64,000 nucleotides of DNA from Bacteroidota bacterium (GCA_037441645.1 JBBIRU010000026.1:13435-77434); one strand, 5' to 3'; counted from the stretch's first letter, positions 53,151 to 63,430 are shown. Made by a program: numbers and translations. Notes: generated by a model not told the origin, from the sequence alone.

Positions 53151-53798
53151 ATGGCAACAGAACTTGACCAGGTGGACTTGGATTTTACTAAGGAGGTAAT
53201 AAACATAGGGCTTGCAAAGTCAGCAGATTCACTTTCGTTTTTTCTTAACGAAAAGGTATACATACATCCGTATGACTTGAAATTCAACTCAAACAATTAT
53301 TTTCCTCTTTCGAAAAAGAAGAGTATTAATAACAGCTACCTTCTCACAACGCATATCAGGGGAGAATTTCAGGGAAAGGCGTATCTTGTTTTCAGCGAAA
53401 AAGAAGTAGATAAATTGTTGCTTAAAAATTTTCCGGCAAGTATCCGGGAAAATCCTGCCGAAAGGACTAATGTTATTAATGATTTTCTGCTTGAAATAGA
53501 CAATATTATCTCTGCTTCGGTAATTACGCAATTTGCTAACTTGCTTAAACGCAACATTTATGGCGACGTTCCGACACTTGACATTATGCCCAATACGGAA
53601 CTGAATGATTTTCTGCGTAAGAACAATCCCGGTGAATTGAAAATATTTTATTTTAATTCCAAATTTGTTACAAAAAATGTTGATATTTCTCCTGAATTTA
53701 TCTGGTTGCTCGATGATCGTTTTTTCAATCAGGTAAATCAATTAATAGGAATTGAAAAAAAAATAGAGCTTTACAGTAAATTAACATCTAACACATAA
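53151..53798 (+). CDS. CheC-like phosphatase
   Basis: Two E-x-x-N motifs (KEVINIG..KSADSLS, LEIDNII). Confidence 0.75.
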   Translation: MATELDQVDLDFTKEVINIGLAKSADSLSFFLNEKVYIHPYDLKFNSNNYFPLSKKKSINNSYLLTTHIRGEFQGKAYLVFSEKEVDKLLLKNFPASIRENPAERTNVINDFLLEIDNIISASVITQFANLLKRNIYGDVPTLDIMPNTELNDFLRKNNPGELKIFYFNSKFVTKNVDISPEFIWLLDDRFFNQVNQLIGIEKKIELYSKLTSNT

Positions 53799-53823
53799 TG
53801 TTCTCACCTTTATAAATAGTTCT

Positions 53824-54795
53824 ATGTTGAATGCACTTGATTATGCCGGGCTGACTGAAGAGAATAATTGCCTGAAAAAGGAAATTGAAAACATGAAAAT
53901 AATGATGAATGAGTTGGAGCAAACCAACTCTAATCTTATTTCAGCAACATGGAGAGAAAGAGAGCTTAAAAAAATACTGACCAATACTCTTTCCGAACTT
54001 GAAAAATCGAAAAGTGTTATTGAAAAACAAAATAAAAAAATCTCTGAAAGCATCAATTATTCTAAGAGAATTCAGGATGTTATTCTGGCCGATGAGAATT
54101 CTGTCAGATCCATACTTCCTCAGTCTTTCATATTATACATTCCAAAAGATATTGTAAGTGGCGATTTTCCATTTTTTTACCAGGATGGAAACGTCTGTCA
54201 CCTTGCGGCAGTTGATTGTACCGGGCATGGCGTTCCGGGTGCCATGCTGTCGCTTATCGGTCACCTGATCCTGAATGATATTCTTTCCAAGGGAGGTAAG
54301 AAAAAAACCTCTGAGGTTCTGTGCCTGATGCATTCTATGATTGTCAAAACATTAAAGCAAAATATTGAAGGTAACGATGCCTCAGACGGGATGGATATTG
54401 CCATGTGTGAAATAAGTCCCGGGGAAAATAAAGTAAGATTTGCAGGCGCTCATCGTCCGTTATACCAGATCCGTAATAATGAATTGCTCGAATACAGCGG
54501 GTCGCGCTTACCTATAGGCGGAACACAATATAAAAAGAAAACAACCTATACAGATTACGAAATTGACGTACAACCCAACGACTTATTCTTAATCTTTTCT
54601 GATGGATTCCAGGACCAGTTTGGAGGCCCCGAAAATGAAAAATATGGTTCGCTTCGACTCCAGAACTACCTGTTCGAAAACAGGCACTTCTCAATAGACG
54701 AATTAAAAAACGGTCTGAGAAATGAGTTTTTAACATGGAAAGGCGACGGAAAACAAATGGATGACATATTATTTATTGGGTTTAAAATACCTTGA
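53824..54795 (+). CDS. Soluble SpoIIE/PP2C Ser/Thr phosphatase (SiaA-like catalytic domain) with coiled-coil N-terminus
   Basis: SGDF, DCTGHGVPGA, DGMD, SDGFQDQFGG, DDI; no TM. Confidence 0.9.
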   Translation: MLNALDYAGLTEENNCLKKEIENMKIMMNELEQTNSNLISATWRERELKKILTNTLSELEKSKSVIEKQNKKISESINYSKRIQDVILADENSVRSILPQSFILYIPKDIVSGDFPFFYQDGNVCHLAAVDCTGHGVPGAMLSLIGHLILNDILSKGGKKKTSEVLCLMHSMIVKTLKQNIEGNDASDGMDIAMCEISPGENKVRFAGAHRPLYQIRNNELLEYSGSRLPIGGTQYKKKTTYTDYEIDVQPNDLFLIFSDGFQDQFGGPENEKYGSLRLQNYLFENRHFSIDELKNGLRNEFLTWKGDGKQMDDILFIGFKIP

Positions 54796-54798
54796 CAT

Positions 54799-55368
54799 AT
54801 GGAAAAAGAAAATATATCTCATATGGAATTTGTACTTCGCACATTTAAAATGATGCAAAGTAACGGTATTAAACTGGTATATGAAGGCGAAATAAACCAG
54901 TCGCTTACAAAAGTGTTGGCTGCCCTCACCGAAAAAAAACTGGAGGATGGCAATGAAGATTTTTTGATTACCAGGACGGTTTACCACGTTATGATTGAGT
55001 GCCTCCAGAACATTTGTAAACATTCGGACAAAAGTCAGGCAGATGCAGGCAACTCAATGAATGATGGAATGTTTATGATTTGTGAAGAACAAAGTAACTA
55101 TTCTGTAACAACAGGGAACGTTGTTACGAGTGAAAATGCTGAAAAAATGAGGGGTATTCTTGATTCAATCAATGCTTTGACAAAAGAAGAGGTAAAAGCA
55201 GCTTATATGAAACAAATGAGGGAGGGGCAGCTTTCTGAAAAGGGTGGAGCCGGATTGGGTTTTCTTGATATTGCCAAAAAGACCGGGAATAAATTCCAAT
55301 ATCATGTAGAGACAATAAACAATGAAAGATGTTTCTTTGTTCTGAAAACTGTAATTTCAAAAATTTAA
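54799..55368 (+). CDS. SiaB-family protein kinase
   Basis: YEGEINQ, IECLQNICKH, TTGN, KGGAGLGFLDIAKK; between the PP2C and SiaC-like genes. Confidence 0.85.
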   Translation: MEKENISHMEFVLRTFKMMQSNGIKLVYEGEINQSLTKVLAALTEKKLEDGNEDFLITRTVYHVMIECLQNICKHSDKSQADAGNSMNDGMFMICEEQSNYSVTTGNVVTSENAEKMRGILDSINALTKEEVKAAYMKQMREGQLSEKGGAGLGFLDIAKKTGNKFQYHVETINNERCFFVLKTVISKI

Positions 55369-55372
55369 TATC

Positions 55373-55747
55373 ATGAACGCACTAATAATTGAAGCAACTG
55401 ATGAAACCCCCCAGATTAACCTGGACCCAATTACTAACCATTTGTTTTTTAGCGGAAAGTCTCTTCCGGAAGACGTCAGAAGTTTTTATAATCCTGTCAT
55501 GGAATGGATCGATGAATTCACTTCTACCCGAAGAGACTCCACTATAGTTGAGTTTAAAATGGATTACTTCAACACCGCATCTTCAAAAATAATTCTTGAT
55601 ATTCTGCTCAAATTAGAAAACATCCATCTCGAAGGAAATGCTTTGACGATAAAGTGGTTATACAGAAGTAAAGACCTTGACATGAAAGAGGCGGGTGATG
55701 AATATGCCGAAATTGTAGAGGTGCCATTCCAGCACATTCCCTATTAA
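55373..55747 (+). CDS. SiaC-family (DUF1987) phosphoprotein
   Basis: TDETPQI, SGKSLPED..FY.P, YFNTASSK, W.Y...D.DM.E.G. Confidence 0.9.
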   Translation: MNALIIEATDETPQINLDPITNHLFFSGKSLPEDVRSFYNPVMEWIDEFTSTRRDSTIVEFKMDYFNTASSKIILDILLKLENIHLEGNALTIKWLYRSKDLDMKEAGDEYAEIVEVPFQHIPY

Positions 55748-55769
55748 TGGCTTTGATTGCCTCTCTTTT

Positions 55770-57581
55770 TTATTCCGGAACCTCCCACAATATTAATTCT
55801 TTGTCCTTTGAACCGCTGATAAGTTTTTTACCATCAGGTGAGAAGGAAACAGATGTTACGCTCATTCTATGCCCTGCAAAAGTTTTCAGTTCGTTGCCCG
55901 ACTCTGCATCCCACAATTTTACTGTAATATCATTTGATGCTGATGCAATCCGTTTTCCGTCAGGGCTGAATGCAACACATCGTATGAATTCAGGATGACC
56001 TTTCAAAACCATGATTTGCTTTCCGCTTTCTACATCCCATTCAATCAGCATTTTTCCTCCGGTTACAAGTTTCTTTCCGTCAGGGCTGAAAGCTATGGAG
56101 TAATAATATTCCGCCTGATCTTCCATTTTTCTCACCTCTTTTCCTGTTTCGGTATTCCAGATCGAGATCAGGTTTTCCCTGCTTATTATTGCAACAAGCT
56201 TACCATCCCTGGAAAACACAGCATGATTTACAAACACTGAATTTTTTAAAGTACTTACCACTTTTCCGGAACCGGCCTCCCATATTTTGGCGGTAGAATC
56301 GCCACAGGCGCTTAGTATTTTTTTCCCATCCGGCGAGAAAGAAACTTCAGAATTAAAACCATATCCTGCCCGGATCACCTGTATTTCATTCAATGATTCT
56401 CCATCCAGGCATTTAATAGTGCTGTCGAGAGAACCTGAAACAATTTTTTTTCCGTCTGCAGAATAGTTAACAGAATAGATAAAGTTGTTATGGGCTTTGG
56501 ATGACAATAATTCTTTTCCGGCAGAAATATCCCATATTATAAGAACACCATCGTCATCAGACGATACAGCCCTGCTTCCGTCGGGCGAATACGCTACAGA
56601 TAATACCTGTCCCGTATGACCACTTAAAACAGATAGTTTTTTTCCGGTTTCAATACTCCATATCTTAATCATCGAATCCTTACTTCCGGAAACAACATAT
56701 TTCATGTCAGGTGAAAAGCAAACAGATGTCACGCAGGATTTATGGCCTGTAAAGCAAATTATTTCATGGAGGTTTTCCGCATCCCATATCCTGACAGTAT
56801 TATCTTCACTTCCCGAAACCAGGAACTTTCCGTCAGGTGAAAACTTTACAGAAGTTACCGGTCCGGTATGATTTTCACGCGAAATAATCTCACGTCCGTT
56901 CTCTGCATTCCATATTCTTATCGACTTGTCGGAACTTGCCGAAGCAACTCTTTTCCCGTCGGGAGAAAACGATACACTATTTACCGAACCAAAATGCCCT
57001 GTAAGAGTTAATATGGACTGTTTTCTGGCTACATCCCATATTTTGAGATTCATATCGCTGCTTCCTGTTACCATCTTTGTGCCTGCAGCATTCACATCTA
57101 CAGAGAGTACCGCCCCGGAATGTCCCGAAAGCATTGCTTCGGCAGAACCGTCTTTCATATTCCACAAACCTATGGTGTTATCGCTGCTAGCTGTTACAAA
57201 AGTTTTTCCATCCGGGAATACAGCAACGCAATTCACTTTAAGAGAATGCCCTTTAAAGTCTTTTACAGCCTTTCCCGTTTTTACTAACCAAAGCTTTGCG
57301 GTTTGATCATTGCAGCCGGTAATAACATTTTTTCCGTCGGTAGTAAAGATGGCGTCATTAACAGGAAAATAATGGCCGGCAAAAGTCATGATTTCCAGTC
57401 CGTCCGCGACATTCCACAACCTGGCGGTTTTATCTTCTCCTGCCGATAGAAGCTGGGTGCCATCAGTCGAAAAGCATACGGATAAAACTCCCCCTTTATG
57501 TCCTGTGATAGTTTTTACACATTCCTGGGCATGGGTAATATTTATTATTCCTAATAATAAAAAGGGAAGAATTTTTTTCAT
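55770..57581 (-). CDS. Exported WD40-repeat protein (~14 repeats)
   Basis: Signal peptide ending THA|Q from ATG 57581; repeated GH...V.SV.FSPDG...S.D.T.K.W. Confidence 0.92.
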   Translation of the reverse strand: MKKILPFLLLGIINITHAQECVKTITGHKGGVLSVCFSTDGTQLLSAGEDKTARLWNVADGLEIMTFAGHYFPVNDAIFTTDGKNVITGCNDQTAKLWLVKTGKAVKDFKGHSLKVNCVAVFPDGKTFVTASSDNTIGLWNMKDGSAEAMLSGHSGAVLSVDVNAAGTKMVTGSSDMNLKIWDVARKQSILTLTGHFGSVNSVSFSPDGKRVASASSDKSIRIWNAENGREIISRENHTGPVTSVKFSPDGKFLVSGSEDNTVRIWDAENLHEIICFTGHKSCVTSVCFSPDMKYVVSGSKDSMIKIWSIETGKKLSVLSGHTGQVLSVAYSPDGSRAVSSDDDGVLIIWDISAGKELLSSKAHNNFIYSVNYSADGKKIVSGSLDSTIKCLDGESLNEIQVIRAGYGFNSEVSFSPDGKKILSACGDSTAKIWEAGSGKVVSTLKNSVFVNHAVFSRDGKLVAIISRENLISIWNTETGKEVRKMEDQAEYYYSIAFSPDGKKLVTGGKMLIEWDVESGKQIMVLKGHPEFIRCVAFSPDGKRIASASNDITVKLWDAESGNELKTFAGHRMSVTSVSFSPDGKKLISGSKDKELILWEVPE

Positions 57582-57853
57582 TTGAGTCAGTTTCATAAAT
57601 TTCAATTCTAAATCAAAGTAAATTACTATAATCAGAATGCAACTCCTTAATTAAGACTATAATACTATAGAAGGCAGGTGAATTCATATGCACAACAAAG
57701 ATAATATACATGGAATTCTTTGCCAAAGAAGTATAATGTTATTATGGATAATCTGATCTCATGAGAGATAGTACATTCAAAAATTCGTAATGAATATCAT
57801 TTCTGCCTTTATTAATCTAAATCACAACACTCCGGAGTGATTATTGTGTGTCT

Positions 57854-57896
57854 GTCATGCTGAGTCCTGAGCCTGTCGAAGGGCTCGAAGCATGAC
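57854..57896. repeat. REP-like palindrome with a second related unit nested inside
   Basis: GTCATGCTGAG[TCCTGAGCCTGTCGAAGGG]CTCGAAGCATGAC. Confidence 0.65.
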
Positions 57897-57919
57897 GTTT
57901 CAATTTAATTATTTTTTAG

Positions 57920-58111
57920 CACTGTTGTCCGACTAAAATATTTTACATATCACGAATCAACCTGTTTTCAATATTTACAAATATTTCGCCGCCTACGGGG
58001 CTTTATTTTGAATCTTTAATTTTTTTCTGCAAATATGTCGCCTCTACGAGGCTTAAAAAAAGTGCCGTAGGTACGACATATATAATTATAAAAATTAGTC
58101 GGACAAAAGTG
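57920..58111. mobile_element. 192-bp MITE with 17-bp terminal inverted repeats and 9-bp target-site duplication
   Basis: Left CACTGTTGTCCGACTAA, right TTAGTCGGACAAAAGTG (1 mismatch); ATTTTTTAG at 57911-19 and 58112-20; no ORF. Confidence 0.9.
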
Positions 58112-58358
58112 ATTTTTTAGATAAATATAAGAATAACAAAAAAATATGTTTATTTATTAAAATTCAAAACTGTTTCTAAATAGTCCGCCTGAATAGTAAT
58201 ACCAAAGTGAAATTTATAAGAGTCCAAACCGGACGAATTATAATTTCTACTTTGGTTTATGCCGATTGATTTATACTTATACACATTTATACTTATTGGA
58301 TTAAAATATAAATCACATCGATATAAATACTAATTCAATTAGACTATCTGCAGAATAA

Positions 58359-58805
58359 CTAACGCGATTGTTTCTCGGAAGTCATGATTACTGCACACCC
58401 TTCTTTTCCATCTAAGAAGTAATATGTCAGATAGTAAATGCCTGATGCCCTGCATACAAACTCAAACCCGCTAAGTCCCTTTTTTGTAGAAGGATCATAG
58501 GTGCTTCCTATCAGAGTATTTGTCGAAGACTGATATAACTGAAAAATCAATTGCCCGTCATAATCGGAAGCGTTACAAACCACAATTTTATATTTTGTAT
58601 CCTGGTTAAGTACAAGAACATTTTTACCCATAAGAGGAGCATCTTTCTTACTCTTCTTAAAACGAACCTGGTAATGTTTCAGAAATTTGTAATCTCCGAT
58701 TTCAGGGTAACAAACTTCAATTAATTGATCATCACATTGCCCTTTTACGATTTTTACGGTAAAAACCAGGGCAAAAATCAAAATGACTGTGAGAAAATAT
58801 TTCAT
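58359..58805 (-). CDS. Small exported Cys-containing protein, third gene of the ABC operon
   Basis: Signal peptide then QCDDQLIEVC; 148 aa, five Cys in mature part. Confidence 0.8.
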   Translation of the reverse strand: MKYFLTVILIFALVFTVKIVKGQCDDQLIEVCYPEIGDYKFLKHYQVRFKKSKKDAPLMGKNVLVLNQDTKYKIVVCNASDYDGQLIFQLYQSSTNTLIGSTYDPSTKKGLSGFEFVCRASGIYYLTYYFLDGKEGCAVIMTSEKQSR

Positions 58806-58828
58806 GGTACAATATTTTTAATAAATCT

Positions 58829-59728
58829 TTAATTAATAATTTTATTCCTGATGGAAGCTATTACATTGCCAATACTCTTGAATATGGTTTCATCTATGTT
58901 TATGGTACTGGTACTGTTATCGATTATTACCATCTTGCCGTCAACTTTCTTCATGGTAGGTTCAACATAGTTGTATGTAATGATAACTTTATCGAATTCC
59001 TTTTTCAGGTTTTCTGAATCCTTTAATAATTCTGCAAAATCGGGGTCATTTTTAAAAGCCCCCAATAAAATTATAATATTATCGAGAACTACCTTTTGCT
59101 CACCGACCCTGTCGTAAATCTTTTGCTTTTTTTCAACGGCATCAATGCTGGTCGCCAGGTAAAGATTTTCAATCCATGTTCCGTATGCAATCAGTACGGC
59201 AATATTACTTCGCTTTTCATCTATCAGGTAATGAGTCATTCTATCGAAACTGGAATTCGTTATAAACAGGATTGAATCGACATTTTTCTTGTTTTCCGAA
59301 AGACGGTTCAATGTTTCTAAATTAAAAAACTGACCAACTTTCAGATCATTTGCCAGGTCGTTCACATTTTTAAGGTAAGTCAATGTAGAAATGGTACGTT
59401 CATAAATATTCATGTGAACAAGGTCAGATCCGTAAGTTCCTAAGTTCAGGGCTTTCTTGAGGTTAGTATTGTACTTGCTTACATTAGAGGAAGGAACCAG
59501 CAAATCCGAATTATAAACTACTCCCGATTGTTGCAGCAGTTCTGATAATTGCAACGGATTTGGAACAACGGTAATGAGTTGCCCGATGAGTTCATCATCA
59601 ACCATTTCATCCTTACTGGCAATGGAGTCATTAAGTAAATCCGTAGCATTATTCCTGGGTGCATTACCACAACCCATGACAAAGAATAAAAGGGCTAAAC
59701 AGATAGGATTCAAAATTATTTTTTTCAT
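58829..59728 (-). CDS. Helical lipoprotein of unknown function
   Basis: Lipobox VMG|C; KALNLGTYGSDL, GTWIENLY. Confidence 0.82.
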   Translation of the reverse strand: MKKIILNPICLALLFFVMGCGNAPRNNATDLLNDSIASKDEMVDDELIGQLITVVPNPLQLSELLQQSGVVYNSDLLVPSSNVSKYNTNLKKALNLGTYGSDLVHMNIYERTISTLTYLKNVNDLANDLKVGQFFNLETLNRLSENKKNVDSILFITNSSFDRMTHYLIDEKRSNIAVLIAYGTWIENLYLATSIDAVEKKQKIYDRVGEQKVVLDNIIILLGAFKNDPDFAELLKDSENLKKEFDKVIITYNYVEPTMKKVDGKMVIIDNSTSTINIDETIFKSIGNVIASIRNKIIN

Positions 59729-59732
59729 GCTT

Positions 59733-62700
59733 TTAATTAGTTAAATTATTAACTTTGGGTATCTTATTCTTATACATAGAAAAAGTATTACTTATTCGCA
59801 TTTTAATAAATGCTGTAAAAGTAAAAACTCTTTTAATGAGTTCAAAATACAGAGCAACATACATTACCACGGCAAAAAACCATAAAATAAGAATGTTAAA
59901 CCAGAAAGTAGGAATGCTTTGCCCGATAAAAGATTTTGCAGGAGCAAGAAAATGAGTCCTGAAATTGAAGAAAGAGGGGTGCTGAGGATCAAGATATATC
60001 GGATCAACCTTCTGTACATAATGGTTTCCTATTCTTACCAGTTGATTACTTAAATAAGTATTCCTGGCAAAGCTTCCCAGGTACTTGTTATAATATCCGT
60101 CATAAAACTGCTGGTACTGCTTTGTTTTTTCAGCAGTTCTTTGCATTTCTGAAAGGATATGGTCTTTTTCCTCGTTGACCGTTTTAAACTGGTTTTTATA
60201 ATGTTCCTGTAAACGATCAATATACGAAAGCGTACTGTCTGCTGTCTCCATGGTAAAACTTCCCCGTGAGATCGGCTCAATACCTGTAAAAGGAATGCCT
60301 GGTACGATTGCCGGTTCCCTGGAAAGTTCATTGTACAATAACTCAAGGTTATCCTTTGATATCGTCTTTTCCGACCTGTACTTTTCTACTATTCCTTTAA
60401 TTTCGGGTAGCAGATAAACGTTATGATAATTTATAGTACTTTCAAGTTTCTCGTAATTATAAAACAGTCTTTCGTAATCGTTATTCACAAACTGGTTTAC
60501 CACAAGCGCTTCAAAAGCCCAGCGCGAAGGCATTAATTCTGCTAAAACCGGGACATTTTCACTACCGCCGCCAATTAACCGGTTAATTTTATCGAAGCTG
60601 AACATGGCCCCTGATAATACCATCTGCGGAATGATCAGAAAAGGTATCAGTATATAAATGGTAACGGCAGAATCAAAAGCAGAAGAAATGTTCAGTCCCA
60701 GGATATTTGCAAATGCAGCCATGGAGAAAAAAATACACCAGTATTCAAAGTACATCCCTTTAATCTCTAAAACATAATTGCCTATAATGACAAAAAGAAA
60801 TGATTGAATAGCCGAAAGAAGAAACAATATCCCTATTTTAGAAAACAGGTAACTACTCCGGCTCAGGTTCAGAAATCTTTCCCGTTTAAGAATTTTTCTG
60901 TCCTTAAAGATTTCCTCGGCGCTGACCATTAAGCCAAGGAAAATAGCCACAATGGTACACATAAACATATAAGGAATAATGTTGTCGTTATCCCTGTATA
61001 CATATGAATCAGAAGCCGGATCGCTGATGTAACGAAGTATAAAGGCGAGTATGTATCCGATCAGTGGCGCTTCTAAAAGGCTGATGATAAGATACTGTTT
61101 GTTAGCTAGCTTGGAGAATAAATCCCGCGCAAAATATGTTTTAAGCTGCTGAAACCAGGAAGGCATTTTATGAGTCTCGGGCAAACCGGAAAACCTGGTT
61201 TTGTTTATATTCCTGTTATTCCTGTAATCTTCGTATCGTAAAAACCATTCCCCGGGCGTAACCTTACGGTTATCTGTATATTTTCCGTAATCATCGAGAA
61301 TTTTTGCTTCCAGTATATTAAAAATACTTTCAGGGTTTACATTTCCGCAAGAGGAACATTCCCCGATATCGCTGTTAATCTGGTTGTCATGCCTTTTAAA
61401 ATACATCACTGCTTCAACAGGATTACCATTATATACAGGATATCCGCCAACATCAATAATGATAATGCTATCGAACATCTTGAAAATATTTGAGGAGGGC
61501 TGGTGAATGACAGTAAATATAAGCTTGCCCTTTATTGTCAATTCACTCAATAACTCCATAACATTTTCAGAATCCCGTGAAGACAGGCCCGAAGTTGGTT
61601 CGTCCATAAACAAAATGGCCGGTTCACGTATCAGTTCAAGACCAATATTTAAACGTTTTCTCTGGCCTCCACTTATTTTTTTACTTAACGGACTCCCTAC
61701 TTTTAAATCCCTGATATGACTCAATCCCAAACTGTTTAACACTCCAAGCACCTGTTTGTTAATCTGTGAATGGGAAAGATTCCTGAACACAAGTTTGGCA
61801 TTATAGTATAAGTTCTGATAAACCGTCAGTTCCTCAATAAGAAGGTCGTCCTGGGGAACATAGCCAATAATGCCCTTAAGTTTATCTCCATCCTTATGAA
61901 GGTTAATGCCATTAATCAGTACTTCTCCTTTTGAGGGGCTTTCCGACCCGCAGAGCACATTCAGTAATGTTGTTTTGCCGGCGCCGCTGGAACCCATTAT
62001 TCCGACCAGTTTACCGGATTGCTCGTACAGGTTTATGTCGATCAGGCCATTATTTCCATTTGGAAAGCAAAAGGAAAGGTTATTTACCTCAAAAGAAACC
62101 CGGTTTATGGAAGAATCCTGCATGAATTGCTGAACAACGTCGGTATATAAGCCGGGCTTGCCTTTTGGGGGTTTTACAATACTCCCGCTGGCAAAAATAT
62201 ATATCCGCTTATCATTAATTGGCAATCCATTCATCAGAACCTCATCCACTCCCACATACCGGATAAAATACAGATCAACACCCGGTACCCTGAGAATTTG
62301 AATGTGTCCGTTTAAGCTGTTGGATTCTATATATTTACATGCCGGAGAAACACCTGTCCTGTCATTCTTTATTATCATAATATCAGAACAGGAGATAGCA
62401 GATACCACATCTTCCGTAACAAACTCTGTTATTGAATCAAATTCGCTCTTGCTGATATTAAATGTTTCGGCTACCGTATCAATAATAGCCATTCGCTGCG
62501 ACGTGAAATTCTTATCAGAATTAACCATTTCGAGCAAACGTACCAGAACAACAACTTTCTGTTTCTGTGAAAGAGTTTTGTTAATCTTCTTGCAAATACC
62601 TAAAGTTTTTACAGAGTCCTTTACAGAAGTTAGTTGTACCTCATCGCCTTCGGTCTTTTTTCTCTGATTGTCGCCAATAAAACTATCAAAAAGTCTTAAG

Positions 62701-62840
62701 TATTCTTTAACAGAACTGTCGTTTAGCTGGAGTTTTAAAAACATGTGAACATAGTCCCTTTCATTGGAAGAAAGACCTATGTCCTGCTTTGCAATTATAG
62801 CAAAGAGTTGCATTAGTGCTTTTAATATTTTCTCACTCAT
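59733..62840 (-). CDS. Single-chain ABCG-type transporter with TerB-like N-terminus, NBD, ABC-2 membrane domain and large extracytoplasmic loop
   Basis: GSSGAGKTT, YVPQDD, ISGGQRKR, FMDEPTSGL, VIHQPS; NBD precedes TMs; N-terminal ALMQLFAIIA helical domain. Confidence 0.9.
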   Translation of the reverse strand: MSEKILKALMQLFAIIAKQDIGLSSNERDYVHMFLKLQLNDSSVKEYLRLFDSFIGDNQRKKTEGDEVQLTSVKDSVKTLGICKKINKTLSQKQKVVVLVRLLEMVNSDKNFTSQRMAIIDTVAETFNISKSEFDSITEFVTEDVVSAISCSDIMIIKNDRTGVSPACKYIESNSLNGHIQILRVPGVDLYFIRYVGVDEVLMNGLPINDKRIYIFASGSIVKPPKGKPGLYTDVVQQFMQDSSINRVSFEVNNLSFCFPNGNNGLIDINLYEQSGKLVGIMGSSGAGKTTLLNVLCGSESPSKGEVLINGINLHKDGDKLKGIIGYVPQDDLLIEELTVYQNLYYNAKLVFRNLSHSQINKQVLGVLNSLGLSHIRDLKVGSPLSKKISGGQRKRLNIGLELIREPAILFMDEPTSGLSSRDSENVMELLSELTIKGKLIFTVIHQPSSNIFKMFDSIIIIDVGGYPVYNGNPVEAVMYFKRHDNQINSDIGECSSCGNVNPESIFNILEAKILDDYGKYTDNRKVTPGEWFLRYEDYRNNRNINKTRFSGLPETHKMPSWFQQLKTYFARDLFSKLANKQYLIISLLEAPLIGYILAFILRYISDPASDSYVYRDNDNIIPYMFMCTIVAIFLGLMVSAEEIFKDRKILKRERFLNLSRSSYLFSKIGILFLLSAIQSFLFVIIGNYVLEIKGMYFEYWCIFFSMAAFANILGLNISSAFDSAVTIYILIPFLIIPQMVLSGAMFSFDKINRLIGGGSENVPVLAELMPSRWAFEALVVNQFVNNDYERLFYNYEKLESTINYHNVYLLPEIKGIVEKYRSEKTISKDNLELLYNELSREPAIVPGIPFTGIEPISRGSFTMETADSTLSYIDRLQEHYKNQFKTVNEEKDHILSEMQRTAEKTKQYQQFYDGYYNKYLGSFARNTYLSNQLVRIGNHYVQKVDPIYLDPQHPSFFNFRTHFLAPAKSFIGQSIPTFWFNILILWFFAVVMYVALYFELIKRVFTFTAFIKMRISNTFSMYKNKIPKVNNLTN

Positions 62841-62948
62841 CTGTCAGCTCAGCTAACCATGTTTGCTATTAATTAATAGCTCAACTTATTTTCTTATCTT
62901 AAAATATCTTCAGAAAAGTATAAAACATACCAATTTATACTTAACTGA

Positions 62949-63017
62949 CAAAACTACTTAGCCGGCCGGAAGAAAAAAATAGGAATTTTCAACTATTCTA
63001 ATAGTACAATTGCCCTA
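62949..63017 (-). promoter_or_regulatory. Tandem TAG-N10-CTA boxes plus -7 element upstream of the ABC operon
   Basis: Minus strand: TAGggcaattgtaCTA (63017-02), TAGttgaaaattcCTA (62995-80), 23 nt, TAGTTTTG (62956-49). Confidence 0.8.
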
Positions 63018-63129
63018 CCAAAGCTTGCTGGTTTAGGATTTGACACCTGCCGGAGGGTTTATTTTAACCCGGTATTGTACAGGAAACTAAAAAACTATTT
63101 TGATTCCTTGTTACGGACAAACTATCATT

Positions 63130-63430
63130 AGAAAAATTTTGAATTTTACTTTGCTAAAAGTGCAGGGTCTCCAACCTTGTTAAAATCATTGATAGTATTT
63201 AATTACAAATATGGAAGATACTTCGACCATGCTCAGCACAAGTCTCCGATCTTCAGAAACAAAATCAATGTTGTTTACTTAACATTGTAGACATTTTATG
63301 AAATTAAGTTAGTTGTTTTCCGATAACCTCGTAGAGGTTAAAGAATTGTAATAATCTAAGGATAAAAAACCAACATCATCGTAGATGATGCACTAAAAAA
63401 CAATACCTTTAAAGGTATTATTACTTAACT
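63130..63430 (+). repeat. Repeat A, copy 2 (direct repeat of 33809-34125)
   Basis: Colinear high similarity to copy 1 with scattered substitutions and one short indel near the start. Confidence 0.92.

Noticed and set aside
57606-57760. Fifth copy of the tandem TAG-N10-CTA promoter upstream of the second WD40 gene
   Set aside because: A -7 element exists (57696-57703, minus strand) but only degenerate boxes at the wrong spacing
58202-58255. Imperfect 18-bp inverted repeat downstream of the ABC operon as a mobile element
   Set aside because: No target duplication; more simply a terminator-like hairpin, and too weak to call
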